A stretch of DNA of 60,405 nucleotides, counting the filler, from Candidatus Fermentibacterota bacterium (GTDB lineage Bacteria > JAFGKV01), in the NCBI GenBank assembly GCA_016928395.1. It is 5 parts of 5 records of this genome, joined end to end, with 100 filler letters (N's around TTAATTAATTAA, not from the genome) between each part and the next. Parts side by side here need not be neighbours in the genome. Positions count along the whole stretch, not along the records: positions 7,747 to 22,065 come from JAFGKV010000041.1; positions 22,166 to 52,009 come from JAFGKV010000006.1; 3 more parts are not named here. The stretch is one strand, 5' to 3'. A program made the position numbers and the translations under genes. The first letter of the stretch is position 1. The number at the start of each line of letters is the position of its first letter. The notes beneath the pieces were generated by a model. That model ran no database searches and was not told the DNA's origin. It saw only the letters and a program-made list of their open reading frames with translations. Positions 19,875 to 31,200 of the stretch are shown here, in pieces.

Positions 19875-20954
19875 GTGACCTTTGACGACCACGGTGTCGG
19901 TCCGCATGCGCTCATGGTGCAGCGCTCATCCCGTGGCTTCGTGCCGCTCACGGCCATCCTGGAACTTACTCACCGATGCAATGAGCGTTGTGTCCATTGC
20001 TACGTGATACAACCGCGGGGAAAGCCTCCCGAACTTACCACGGGCCAATGGAAGGATATCCTCGGGCAGCTCGCCGCGTCGGGAACCATCGAGGTCACCT
20101 TCAGCGGCGGTGAAGCCTTCCTCCGGTCCGACTTGTTCGAGATCCTGGAGGAGGCTCGCCGGCTGAACTTCTCCATTAAGCTCTCGACCAATGCCACCCT
20201 GGTGGGCTCTGAGGAAGCGGCACGGCTGAGCGAGCTGAAGCCGTGGGAAATAGGCGTGAGCCTCTATGCGGCCGATCCTGCCGTCCATGAAGCCATCACT
20301 AGACTGCCCGGCAGTTTCCACCGCACTGTGGCGGGTATCTCCGCCATGGTCGGCCAGGGAATGCGAGTGCGGATACGCAGCGTGCTCATGCAGGAGAATC
20401 TTGGCCAGGAAGAGGCACTTGAGGCCTTGGCGCTCCGGCTCGGCGCATCGTTCTCTCAAGATCCCTTGCTGACACCGCGCAGCGATGGGTCACTGGATAA
20501 TCTGCTCCACCGGCTCACGCCTCAGCAGTTGCGCCGATCCCTGGAGGCCGATGCACAGCGCCTCCTGGGCGAGGATGACCCCGCCCGGTGGGATGAGGTC
20601 CGCCAGGACAAGCTGCAAAGCTTCATGTGCAAGGCGGGCATCAACTTCGTGTCCATCGGCCCCGAGGGGCAGGTGCTGCCATGCGTGCAGTTTCAGCAGA
20701 TTGCGGGCAATGTATCGGAAAGACCCTTCGCGGAGATCTGGAAAACCTCGCCGGTGTTCCGTCGCCTTCGCGCAACTGTGAACGCCGACCTCGATACGTG
20801 CCGTGACTGCGAGCTTTCACCGTTGTGCTTCCGCTGCCCGGGAGAGGCGCTTCTCTCCAACGGCGACGCCTTCGGGCCATCGACCTATGCGTGCATGCGC
20901 GCAGGCTTCCTGAACGAGCTCAGGGCGTCCCGAAGAGGCTTTCCGGAGCGATAG
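19875..20954 (+). CDS. Radical SAM/SPASM-domain protein (peptide maturase-like)
   Basis: CNERCVHC (CX3CX2C) and SGGE; SPASM motifs CKAG...IGPEGQVLPC...GNV...IW...CRDC.....C..C...C. Confidence 0.93.
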   Translation: MTFDDHGVGPHALMVQRSSRGFVPLTAILELTHRCNERCVHCYVIQPRGKPPELTTGQWKDILGQLAASGTIEVTFSGGEAFLRSDLFEILEEARRLNFSIKLSTNATLVGSEEAARLSELKPWEIGVSLYAADPAVHEAITRLPGSFHRTVAGISAMVGQGMRVRIRSVLMQENLGQEEALEALALRLGASFSQDPLLTPRSDGSLDNLLHRLTPQQLRRSLEADAQRLLGEDDPARWDEVRQDKLQSFMCKAGINFVSIGPEGQVLPCVQFQQIAGNVSERPFAEIWKTSPVFRRLRATVNADLDTCRDCELSPLCFRCPGEALLSNGDAFGPSTYACMRAGFLNELRASRRGFPER

Positions 20955-20976
20955 ATGAGGGTGCGCCTTTTTTTTC

Positions 20977-21005
20977 TTGACACCCATGCGATACGTTCGT
21001 ACTCT
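20977..21005 (+). promoter_or_regulatory. Sigma70-type promoter for the small peptide gene
   Basis: TTGACA (20977-20982), 17-bp spacer, TACTCT (21000-21005), preceded by a T-rich tract. Confidence 0.6.
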
Positions 21006-21070
21006 TGTGCCGGTTCTGTATGTAGGTCTATTCCCTACTGCGATGTTCTCTACTCGTGGAGGTGTACCAA

Positions 21071-21313
21071 ATGAAGAAGGCGTATCGGAAGCCCTCGATC
21101 TTCTCCGAGGCGACTTTTGAGACTTCGGCGCTGGCATGCGGCAAGTCCACTGCCACCCCGTATGGCTACATCTGGACGGTGACCGGCCATCACACCGGCT
21201 CCAGCCACAGCCCCGGCACCGGCTCGGGCTGGGTTTCCAGTTCGGCAAGTTACTCTGACGGCGCGTACTGCGGCTATAGCGACGTCCAGCCGAACAATAT
21301 GTTCGCCTCCTAA
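21071..21313 (+). CDS. Putative RiPP precursor peptide, 80 aa
   Basis: GGAGGT RBS; leader MKKAYRKPSI (YxxP-hydrophobic) ...ETSALA; Ser/Gly/Thr/aromatic-rich core with 2 Cys; adjacent to rSAM/SPASM gene. Confidence 0.8.
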   Translation: MKKAYRKPSIFSEATFETSALACGKSTATPYGYIWTVTGHHTGSSHSPGTGSGWVSSSASYSDGAYCGYSDVQPNNMFAS

Positions 21314-21330
21314 GACTAGAGCAGAGTTTT

Positions 21331-21365
21331 AAGCCGGGGCTGCGGCTTTCGCAGCCCCGGTTTTT
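21331..21365 (+). terminator. Rho-independent terminator
   Basis: CCGGGGCTGCG-GCTTT-CGCAGCCCCGG followed by TTTTT. Confidence 0.85.
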
Positions 21366-21635
21366 GTATGCCCACGGCGTGGTCGTGCGTGAGTGTCGGG
21401 GTTATGATGACAGAAAGCCCTTGGGAGTCATGGTCAGAACTCACTGCAGCGGAGGGCGGAAATCGAGCGCCCTGGAGGGATTCGCTTCGACCCATCGAGT
21501 GCGCCCGCCCTGAGCCCGCACTGGTGTGTGGTGTGCGAGGGCCTCCAGGTCCGACACGTTCGCTGATGCGTGCGGGGCCACCCGCAGAGAAGGACTCGGA
21601 ATCCAAAGACGCCGAGCCCAGCGCCCCCAGCCGGA

Positions 21636-22064
21636 CTAGGCTGGTGCGCCTTCCGGGCGCACGCTGAAGTACTCGGCGTCGGGATGATGCAGAATCAGCC
21701 CGGAGGTGGAGCACTCCGGTAGCAGTTGCCATGCTTCGGTATGGGAGATCCCGATCCGTTCGGGCGCCAGCAGGGCGAAGAACTGCTCATGGGCCTCTAT
21801 GGCCGGGAACGCGGGCATGCCCGGCGCATAGGCCTTGCCGCCGGCACCCAATCCCCACTCAGTCACGATGGATGCCCGCACCATGTCAGCCAACGCCTCG
21901 GTCAGAGCCATGATAAGCCCATGAAGAAGGAAATAGCGAGAATAGAGGCCGTTGTTCCGTGCCTCCTCTGCCGTGGCAAGGCTTTTCGCACCCATGGTCG
22001 CCATGAACGCAGCGACCACATCGCCTGACGGCGCCACATAATCCTGAATGGAGCGACCCCCACC
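21636..22064 (-). CDS. metH: B12-dependent methionine synthase, C-terminal activation domain (5' partial)
   Basis: HGL..ALTEALA, YAPGMPAFP, LLAPERIGI, QLLPECSTSGLILHHPDAEYF. Confidence 0.8.
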   Translation of the reverse strand, partial: GGGRSIQDYVAPSGDVVAAFMATMGAKSLATAEEARNNGLYSRYFLLHGLIMALTEALADMVRASIVTEWGLGAGGKAYAPGMPAFPAIEAHEQFFALLAPERIGISHTEAWQLLPECSTSGLILHHPDAEYFSVRPEGAPA

Positions 22065-22065
22065 C

Positions 22066-22165
22066 NNNNNNNNNNNNNNNNNNNNNNNNNNNNNNNNNNN
22101 NNNNNNNNNTTAATTAATTAANNNNNNNNNNNNNNNNNNNNNNNNNNNNNNNNNNNNNNNNNNNN
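22066..22165. other. Artificial contig linker
   Basis: N-TTAATTAATTAA-N. Confidence 0.98.
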
Positions 22166-22197
22166 CGTCCCAGTCCATCGCCATCCGCGCAATGACG

Positions 22198-22250
22198 AAG
22201 TGTTACCTATGTTCTGAACCTGAAACGTTACCCATGTTCTGACTTGACCC
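22198..22250. mobile_element. Probable insertion-sequence end (IS481-like subterminal repeats)
   Basis: GTTACCYATGTTCTGA twice (22202-22217, 22227-22242) at the contig edge. Confidence 0.4.
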
Positions 22251-22255
22251 CTGGG

Positions 22256-22418
22256 CTGCCTACCGCCAACTGCCAACCGCCAACTGCCAACTGCCTACCG
22301 CCAACTGCTGACTGCCAACTGCCGACTGCCGACTGCCGACTGCCGACTGCCAACTGTCGACTGCTGACTACCAACTGCCAACTGCCGACTGCCGACTGCC
22401 AACTGCCAACTGCCGACT
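22256..22418. repeat. Heptamer tandem repeat (CTGCCRA)n, over 20 degenerate units
   Basis: ctgccaa ctgccga ctgccga... immediately after the xerD stop. Confidence 0.92.
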
Positions 22419-22419
22419 C

Positions 22420-23346
22420 TCACCCCCGCGGGTGGAATGTGCGGTGAACCTCGCGGAGGAAGTCGCGATCGAGGTGGGTATAGATCTGGGTCGTCGTGAT
22501 ACTCGAATGGCCAAGAAGCTCCTGCACTACCCTCAGATCCGCGCCGCCCTCCAGGAGGTGGGTCGCGAAGCTGTGGCGCAGCGTATGGGGGCTGACATCC
22601 GGCCCCAGGCCCGCCCGAAGTGAATAGGTTTTCACGATATGCCAGAGCGTAATGCGAGAGATCCGGGTGCCCCGATTGGTCAAGAACAGCCAGTCGGCGT
22701 GCCGTCGTGCCAGCAGTGGTCGCGCCCTGTCGAGATAGTCTCCAAGCCACCGTCGAGCCACGGCGCCGAAGGGCGCGATGCGAACCTTGCTTCCCTTGCC
22801 CAAGACCCTCGCTACTAGATCGGTCAGTGATGCGTCGGCAACCCTCAGGGTGATGATCTCCGAGGCTCTCAATCCCGCCGAATAGAGCAGCTCCAGCATG
22901 GCTCGGTCACGGAGCCCCAGGGGTGTCGCGGCATCGGGCTGCGCGAGAAGTGCCTCGACACTCGAGACGGATAGCACCTTCGGAAGCGTGCGGAGCATTC
23001 GGGGAAGCGAGACTGTCGCCGCGGGATCTGTCGAAACGATTCCCTCCGCTACGGCGAATCGGAACAGACTGCGTATGGCCGCGAACGCGCGGCGCTGACT
23101 GGCGCGGGCGAGCCCGATCTGTGCCAACTCACCCAGGTATGCCGACAGGTGTTTTTGCCGTACAGACGCGGGCTCAGCCGTGCCTTGGGCAAAGAGCCAC
23201 CGCAGGAGCCTGAACACTTCATGCTGATACTGGGAAACGGTGAGGGGAGAGAGGTTGCGCTCCACGGCCAAGAAGGTGAGCCAGTGCGCCACGAGATCGT
23301 GGTATGGGGGCGGCAGTTGCCTATCCACCGTCCTCGTCATCCCCAT
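22420..23346 (-). CDS. xerD: Site-specific tyrosine recombinase XerD
   Basis: RDRAMLELLYSAGLRASE, GKGSKVR, SPHTLRHSFATHLLEGGADLRVVQELLGHSSITTTQIYTH, HRTFHPRG end. Confidence 0.92.
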   Translation of the reverse strand: MGMTRTVDRQLPPPYHDLVAHWLTFLAVERNLSPLTVSQYQHEVFRLLRWLFAQGTAEPASVRQKHLSAYLGELAQIGLARASQRRAFAAIRSLFRFAVAEGIVSTDPAATVSLPRMLRTLPKVLSVSSVEALLAQPDAATPLGLRDRAMLELLYSAGLRASEIITLRVADASLTDLVARVLGKGSKVRIAPFGAVARRWLGDYLDRARPLLARRHADWLFLTNRGTRISRITLWHIVKTYSLRAGLGPDVSPHTLRHSFATHLLEGGADLRVVQELLGHSSITTTQIYTHLDRDFLREVHRTFHPRG

Positions 23347-23457
23347 GCCGCAGGCCGCCTCCGCAGAGCCATACGGGGCGGCACAGGCAATAGGCTTGAC
23401 GCGGAGGCCATCCCGATCGAGCTTGCGGAAAAGCCTCCACGCCCACCGGAGTAGTTC

Positions 23458-24312
23458 ATGTTCGCCATACGCTCATCGATCCGCTTCGCAGCCATCGTCA
23501 TCCTCGGCCTGCCCTGTATGAGCAGCGGCGCTCCCGCCGATTACGTGAACTTCACGGCCGCCGACTCTGCCGGTCTGGCGGGTGTCACCGTGGAGCGTTT
23601 CTTGTTCCGCAGCGGTCTTGAATGCCCATACACTCTGATACGTCACGGCGATGGAGAGGTCAAGGGGTTCCTGGTCTTGCTCCATGGCGCCGGTGACAAT
23701 CCCACCAATTTCACGAAAATCGCGACCCGCCTCGGTCTGCGCGGCATGCAGCATATCCTGCCACGGGCGCCTTTCCCCATGAGCATTCGTCTTCCCGATC
23801 CCCTCACCGGGCGAGAGGAGTCATTTGCGGGGTACGGATGGCTCGACGATCCGACCAGCCCCTGGGTCGACCGGGGGACCGCACTCTCGGCCTTCACGGT
23901 GGGCTCCATCATCGATGAGGTGCGCCCTGCCCATGCCGAAGGCCCTCCTCTCGTGCTGGCCGGGTTTCGGCAGGCCGCGGGCATCGCGGCCCTGTGGGCG
24001 GCCGCCAATCCCGGGCGTGTGCAGGGGCTGGTACTCGTATCAGGGTATGCGGAGCCTCCCGTGCAGGAGGCACTGGCCGCCGGAGGGAGGGGGCTCGCCC
24101 TCCAGGATATGCCGTGTCTTGTCTTGATAGGAATCGACGCGCCCGACGCGGTCGACAGCGGCGATCTCGCCGCAACGGTCCGAGATCTTGGTGCCCGTAT
24201 TGAGCCGCACTTCGTGGCCCGGGGCGCGGACTTCAGTGAACTAGACTACGGGCTCATCCGTGCCTTTGTCGAGCGATGCACTGGCGCCATCCCTGCGGCG
24301 GAAGACCGGTGA
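23458..24312 (+). CDS. Secreted alpha/beta-hydrolase (phospholipase/carboxylesterase fold), apparently lacking the catalytic Ser
   Basis: Signal peptide; LVLLHGAG, PRAP, GYGW; nucleophile elbow reads GFRQAA instead of GFSQGG. Confidence 0.75.
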   Translation: MFAIRSSIRFAAIVILGLPCMSSGAPADYVNFTAADSAGLAGVTVERFLFRSGLECPYTLIRHGDGEVKGFLVLLHGAGDNPTNFTKIATRLGLRGMQHILPRAPFPMSIRLPDPLTGREESFAGYGWLDDPTSPWVDRGTALSAFTVGSIIDEVRPAHAEGPPLVLAGFRQAAGIAALWAAANPGRVQGLVLVSGYAEPPVQEALAAGGRGLALQDMPCLVLIGIDAPDAVDSGDLAATVRDLGARIEPHFVARGADFSELDYGLIRAFVERCTGAIPAAEDR

Positions 24313-25223
24313 TGGCGGCGCGACACCGCGTTGTGGTAAATCCCTTCAGTGGTAATGGGCACGGGCGTCGCATCGGCACGTTGCTGCCCGGCATTTTTGC
24401 GCGATTGGGCCTCACCGCCGAGTTTCACGAGAGCAGCACTGCCGAGCACTTCAAAGCCCTTGTCGGCGGCAGGCCGGCCGAGCCCGGAGAGCGTGTGGTG
24501 ATCTGCGGGGGCGATGGCTCACTGAACATGGCGCTTTCGTGCGTCACGCCCGGCACCAGGCCGGCATTGGCTCTGGTGCCCTGCGGTAGAGGAAATGACG
24601 TGGCCAGAAGCCTCGCCATCCCCGCCCATCCCGATGGCGCCGCCGCAGTGCTGGCCGAGGGTCGTGAACGCGCGATGGATGTCGGCTATGTGAACGACCG
24701 GCCATTCGCATCCATCGCTGCCATGGGCTTCGACGCCCTGGTCTCCTTGGCCGCCTCCAGGATGAGGCGAGTGAAGGGCCGTATGGTGTATGTCATAGCG
24801 GCGATCAAAGAGCTGGCTCGGTTCCATCCACCCTTATTCACCATAGAGAGCGACACGTTCACCTTCCAGGGTCGCGCGATGATGGTATCGGTGGCCAACT
24901 GCCCCTACTACGGCGGCGGCATGATGCTGTCGCCGGATTCCAAGATGGACGATGGTCTTGTGGAAATCTGCGTGGTGCTGCCGATGTCCAAGCTCGGCCT
25001 GTTGCGGATGCTACCGAAGTTGTTCACGGGCGGCCACGTTGACTCGCCCTACTTTCTGATCGCGTCCGCGCAACGAGCCACCATCGGCTGCGATCCCGCC
25101 GTGCCTATCTGTGCCGACGGGGAGTATCTGACCATGAGCCCCGCCACGATCCGCATCGAGCCTGCCGCCGCGACCGTTATGGTTCCGCCAATGGGGATCT
25201 CTGCAGGAGCACCGACCCCGTGA
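24312..25223 (+). CDS. Diacylglycerol kinase family lipid kinase (YegS/DagK-like)
   Basis: NPFSG, GGDGS, PCGRGND, GFDA, NCPYYGGG, DDG and ADGE motifs. Confidence 0.9.
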   Translation: MAARHRVVVNPFSGNGHGRRIGTLLPGIFARLGLTAEFHESSTAEHFKALVGGRPAEPGERVVICGGDGSLNMALSCVTPGTRPALALVPCGRGNDVARSLAIPAHPDGAAAVLAEGRERAMDVGYVNDRPFASIAAMGFDALVSLAASRMRRVKGRMVYVIAAIKELARFHPPLFTIESDTFTFQGRAMMVSVANCPYYGGGMMLSPDSKMDDGLVEICVVLPMSKLGLLRMLPKLFTGGHVDSPYFLIASAQRATIGCDPAVPICADGEYLTMSPATIRIEPAAATVMVPPMGISAGAPTP

Positions 25224-28200
25224 TCAGCCCGATGATGCTGTGCATCGCCTTGGCAGGTGAATCACTGCCTCCGGTGATCAGCGTGATCCCGAGCCCGCCG
25301 GATCGGGTGATCCTTGAGGCACATTGGGAAACCGTATCGATAGCCCGCGATTCCTCTGGCCGGCTTCGAGTGATCGCGCCTAGTTTGGCCTATGCCATGC
25401 CGGTGGGCTCTCCTGATCTCCCTCATGGGGCAGTGGCCGTTGCCCTGCCTCCCCGAGGCGACTATGAGGTGAGCGCGTTCCCATCGGGAGTGACATCCCA
25501 CACCGGGCTCATCGCCGCGGTGGATGATACCCTCAGGACGGGGACCATGCGCGTGCCGCAGACCTGGCACGCGGTGACCGCCGAGGGCTGGCTGCGGCAT
25601 CAGCGCATGATGGAGCTGACTCTGTTTCCCGCGATCCCAAGCCCGATGGGGCTCAGCACCGCACGGCGGGTTCGGGTGGAGATTCGGTTCACCGACATCG
25701 GAATCGGAGGGGGAACTGTCAAGGAAGAGCCCTCCTTCGAGGCCGTGTACCGGGTGGCGGTGAATCACCAGCAGGCAACCGCCTGGCGGGCGACGCCCCC
25801 GGTGACGCTGCGGCGAGATCCCGTTTTGCCACCGGAACACGCGGTGAAAGTCTACGTTGACCGGCGGGGAATCACCGCCCTCTCCGGCGCCGATATGGAA
25901 ATCGCCGGCATCGATATCTCCACGGTCGACCCATCAACATTACGCCTCACCTGCCGGGGCGAAGATGTTCCGTACGCGTTTACTGGACTCGGCACACACA
26001 TCCTCTCCCCCACTGACTCCCTGCTCTTTTTCGGGCATCCCAACTACCGTGCCGACGAAGGCTGCCGCCTGGTTGACTGGTGGGATCACTTCAGTGCCGC
26101 CAATGTCTACTGGCTCTCATGGGGGGAGGCTCCAGGGATACGTTTCACCCAACGCCCGGCCGCGCCGTCGGGCGCGCATCCCGTGGTGGAATGGCACGCG
26201 GCTGTTGCGCACGCCGAACAGGACCTGCTGGCCTTCCTCAGCAATGAGGGCGACGCGCCATGGCCTACCGAGTGGTATTGGCAGAGATGGAGCGCCGGCA
26301 CGCAAGGGGTCACAAAGGACTTCACCGTGGTGGTGGATTCTCCGCGACCGACCCAGAGCGCTCTCCTGCTGCGCGCGTCACTGCACGGGTACTCCAATCT
26401 GAGCGGCGTACAGTGGCAGTATCATACGACATTCGCGCTGAACGGCAATCCCCTGGGTGATGTGTACTGGGGCCAGTGGAACGGGCGGGTGCCGTTCTGT
26501 TATGACAGCCAGCAGCAGGGAGACCTGATCCAGGCGGAGTGGATACAGCAGGGCACCAATACGTTCGCCGTGCGGCTGCTGCCGGACATTGACCCGGAGA
26601 AGGGGCCGCTCAGCACCGCCTATTTTGATTCGTGGAGCCTCCGGTATGACCGCATACTGAAAGCCGTTCAGGATACTCTGGAATTCGAGGCCCCGCCGGG
26701 AACCGGCGCGGGAATGAGAACCTTTCGAGTCCAGGGCGTCTCCACGGCGGACGTGGTCTTGTTGGACATGGTGCGCCAAGAGCGGCTGATTGGCGCCGAT
26801 CATATCGGCACGACCCTGACCTTTGAGACCAGCGTTGCTGACTCGACGCGGTTTGCCCTGGCCTCCCGGGCCCGGCTTGTCCAGCCGCTCAAGATCGTCA
26901 AGGAGCGGCCAGCGGATCCGCCGCTGTCTTCGGGAGACGCACAGGCTGCCTACCTGATCATCTCCTATGACCGGGAAGAGGCGGGCGATGCGGATCCCTA
27001 TCACAACCTGTTTGATGCGGCAATCAACCTGGCTTTGGCCAGAGATGCCGTCGTGCCCACCAGGGTTTTTGACGTGCAGGACATTTACGACGAGTTCAAC
27101 TGGGGAATCATCGACCCTGAGGCCATCAGGGATTTCCTGAAGCATGCGTTTTCCACGTGGAGCCTCGTCCCGCCCGAGTATGTGCTCTTCTTCGGAGACG
27201 CTTCGTGGGACTACTTGGGGCGATCAGGCCCCACGGCCAAGAAGAGCTTCGTGCCATGCTGGGGCTATCCCATCTCCGAGAACCACTTTGTCGAACTCTC
27301 CGATGGCGACTTCTTTCCCGATCTCCATATCGGTCGCCTGCCGGTGGAGAACTCGTTCCAGGCGGACAATGCGGTGGCCAAGGTGCTGGCCTACCCGGCG
27401 CCGTACCAGGAAGACGAAACGTGGCGGAAACGCGCCCTCATGGTAGTGGGAGGATTCACTGACTCCGAGCAGACCATTTTCGAAAGCCACGCCGAAAGTA
27501 TCCTGACCGGCTATGTACTTCCTGCGCCTTTCCTCGGGGACCCCAGCCGGGTCTACCGCAGCCTGACCGGCTATCAGCCGGGCTACTACAACCAGCGGAT
27601 CGTGGACGCCATCAATGACGGGTGTGTGGCGCTGAACTACATCGGCCACGGCGCCGCACTCACCTGGGGTATCATGTTCGACGTCACGGATGTCGGCTCA
27701 CTCACCAATGATCTCTCGCTTCCCGTTACCATGGGCCTGACCTGCAACTCCAATGCCTTTGGCGAACCTGACACCAGTTGCCTCGGCGAGGTGTTCCTGC
27801 GCCTTGGAGATCCGGCCCACGGCGCCATCGCCTCGTGGGGGGCCACCGCCCGAGCCAATGAGTATTCGGCCTGGCGCGGATCCCTGGCGTTCTTCCAGGC
27901 CCTCTGCATTGATCTTGAACGTCGCGTCGGGCCTTTGACTACCGCAGGCAAGATCGCAGGCGGCTCATCGGTGTGGACCATGTTCTCGCTCCTGGGAGAA
28001 CCCCTGGTGGAGTTGCCGGTACCCACGGGCCCTGACCTTGTGATCAATGAGGACAGTCTCTCAGTGACGCCCTCCGTGGTGGGAGAGAACCATGATGTCG
28101 CCATCGATGTCGTGGTGGAGAACCACGGCAGGGCCTCTCCGGAACAGGTAATCGTGCGGTTCGCCGCCGGCCCCGAGGGAAGTTCCTCAGAGATCGCGGC

Positions 28201-31200
28201 GGTGTCCGACACGTGCGGCATGCGGCGCCGGAGCCCGTACACGGTCACATGGAACACCGGCGCGGGCCTGGGACCGCGCATTGTCTCTGCATCCGCTGAT
28301 CATCTTGACGTGATGGCCGAGTTGCGGGAAGACAACAATGTGGCGACGCTGCCGTTTGAGGCGCTCCTGGCGCCGCCCTCGGTGGCGGCCCCCTTCGATT
28401 GCCAGGTGAGCACTACGGCCTCGGTGTGGCTCACCGTGAACAACCTCCCGGGGCAATCGACGGGGCGCACCTATGAGTTCCAGATCGCTCGTACGGACAG
28501 TTTCACTCCTTCATCACCAGGCTTCGCCAGTTCCGGCGCGGTGAGCCAGCAGCAGGGCTCTACGGGCTGGTCTCCGCTGGGCCTGATGCAGGGGACGACG
28601 TACTTCTGGCGATGCAAGGCCATGGAGGGTTCCTTTGACGGCGCATGGTCGCCCACGGCAAGTGTCACCATTGATACCACCGCATCCGGCACGGTCTGGG
28701 CACAACGGCATGGCGCCCAGTTTGCGGCGGATTCCCTGGCCCAGCTCGTCGTGGACCGCGAGCTGCACACCGTGGTGCTGCGCGCCCAGGTGAATCCGAC
28801 CGACTATGCCCACGTGGATCAAGGCGCCACCGTACCCTTTGTCTCCAGCTACATGACGCAGCCGTATACAGACCCCCTGAATCTCATTGGTGAGGATATC
28901 GGCAGCGGCGCCGGCCAGTACGGCCAATTCCTGTTCGCCAACAACGACTACGCGCAGGAAGCCCTCATCGATCTCGGTCAAGAACGAACCATTGGAATCG
29001 TGGGATCCGAGCACTGGATCGGTCTGGACGACAGGCCGGTCTGGTCTTTCTACCGGATCAGTTCTTCCTTGAACAATGTCGATTTTGAAGAGTGGGGAGC
29101 GCTGGGCCCCTACACACTGCCCAGTCTGGGCAATGTGCCCACGCCCATGTTCTTCTCGGTGGAAACACCCCGCCCGGTGAAGTTCCTCCGGTTCCAGTTC
29201 GGACAGGGCCTCCCCCACCCCTTCCCCGGCGGTGCATTGTGGGGATCCCGGATCTATGAGGTGTTTGCCTATGCAGTGGATTTCTTGCCCTCCGGCACGC
29301 TCACCTCCTCCGCAGCAGGCCCCGCTGCCTCTTGGCAGCAGGCGACCTGGGATGCCGACATTCCACCGGGGGCATCCTTTACCGTCACCGTGCTTTCCTC
29401 ATCCACCGCGACGGGCCAGTTCCTTCCGGTTCAAGGCCTGGGTGGTTTGAGTGCCTCCCCCGTTGATCTGAACGCAATCACGGATCCCTACGTGAAACTT
29501 GTCGGGACCGCCTCCACCACCGATCCGCGAGTGACACCAGCGTTGCACCAGTGGCGCCTCCGGTTCCAAGGAGGCGTGGATATGGCGTTCAGGGGCGGGC
29601 TCTCGGTGACGCCGCCTCTTCCGCCCGCAGGGAGTGTGGCCCAGATCGGCGGTGTGATGGTCAACCAGGGTATCTCCACGGCCGACACGGTGCGCTTCCT
29701 GCTGCGCGATACGACGACGTCGGCCGCTGTTGACATCATGGATACCCTGCTAATCGGGCTTCAACCGGGAGCAGTCTGGCAGTTTGCCGTGCCCTGGTTG
29801 TCAACGATCGGGCGGCACACCGTCACGGCATCCGCCGAGGTCCGTGGAGGGGCTCCTGAAGTGGCGCCGGGAGACAATGAGGCCGCGGTGGAAGTCGTAG
29901 TGCTTCCAGACCCGGCGTGCCTGGCCCTCAGGGCTGTTACGCCCCAACCCCAGCAGTATGGCGCCTTGCTTCTGGAGGGGATCATCGGCAACCAGGGATC
30001 CGTCTTGACCGATTCGGTGCCCTGGGTGCTTGAGAGCAAGGGCCCGGACGCGGCGGCTTTCGTCGCTGTGGATTCGGGGGCCACGGGCTTCGTGACACCG
30101 GGCGAGAGCATCGCGGTGGCCATCCAGTGGCCCCCGCCGCGCACTCCCGGGATGCATGATCTCCTCTTTGCCGTGGCATACTCCGGCGAACAGGTCAGCA
30201 TCGCCAATGATACGGTAGAGATCAGCATACGAATCGCGGGGGCCGCTGATCTTGTCATCGATTCCCTCGCATTCTCCAATAGCCAGCCTCCTGCCGGTGA
30301 CCCGGTGGGGGTTCGTCTGCGTGTCCTCAATGCCGGCGAAGCAGGCGTCGATAGTGTTTTCCTCGTGCTCTTCCACACTCCCCCCGGGGGAGATGAAGCA
30401 ACGTTGGCGGTATGGGAGCTCAGTGTGGAGGGGGGGCAGGCCCGCGCCATGGAGGCGACCTTTGTCACGTCCGGTCTGCCGGGGCTGCACCGCATTCGGG
30501 CGGTAGCGGACCCGGATGACGTGATCCCGGAGGCCGACGAAGGCAACAACAGCAGAGCCGATTCGATCACCGTACTCAGCGGCGCCGACCTGCTGTGTAC
30601 GGGGCTGTCCCTCGCACCCCTGCCGGTGCTCACTCGCGACACCGTAGTAGCCTTCGCCACCGTGCGGAATGCCGGAGAGATCGCCGTCGGATCCTTCGAG
30701 CTCGCGTGGGAAGCAGCGGAGCTTCGCCTTCTTGCTGGTGACGGCACAGTAGGTGGCCTGGATGGAACATCAGAGGAGCAGGTATCCGCCACCTTTCTTG
30801 CGCCGTCTGTGCCTGCGGAGGGAGTCATACGCCTGATGATCGACGCGCCGGACAGCGTCGAGGAGACCAACGAAGGGAACAATGTGGCGGAGAGCGCGGT
30901 GGGCATTGTGGCCGAGCCTGACCTGGCAGTTCGCAGCGACGAGGTCCGATTTGATCCTTCGGCACCCACCGAGGATGATACCGTGGCGGTACGCTTTGTG
31001 GTCCGCAATAGCGGGGGAGCGCCCAGCGAGGAGTTTCTCGTTTCAGTCGCCCACCGCCCCGGCGGATCCGGCGCGTGGACCGAGTTCTTCGCCAGCACCT
31101 TCAGCTCCATTGCCCCCGGTGGGTTCGCGGAGGGCCACGCAGCATGGATTGCAGACGACTACCGCCTCACCCACTGGTTTTGCGTTACCTGCAATCCTGA

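Noticed and set aside
22244-22447. PTANCQL-repeat ORF
   Set aside because: It is a translation of the CTGCCRA heptamer tract.
22420-23346. XerD as the integron integrase for the cassette array
   Set aside because: It has canonical XerD motifs, lacks the IntI-specific insertion before the HxLRH box, and lies on a different contig.
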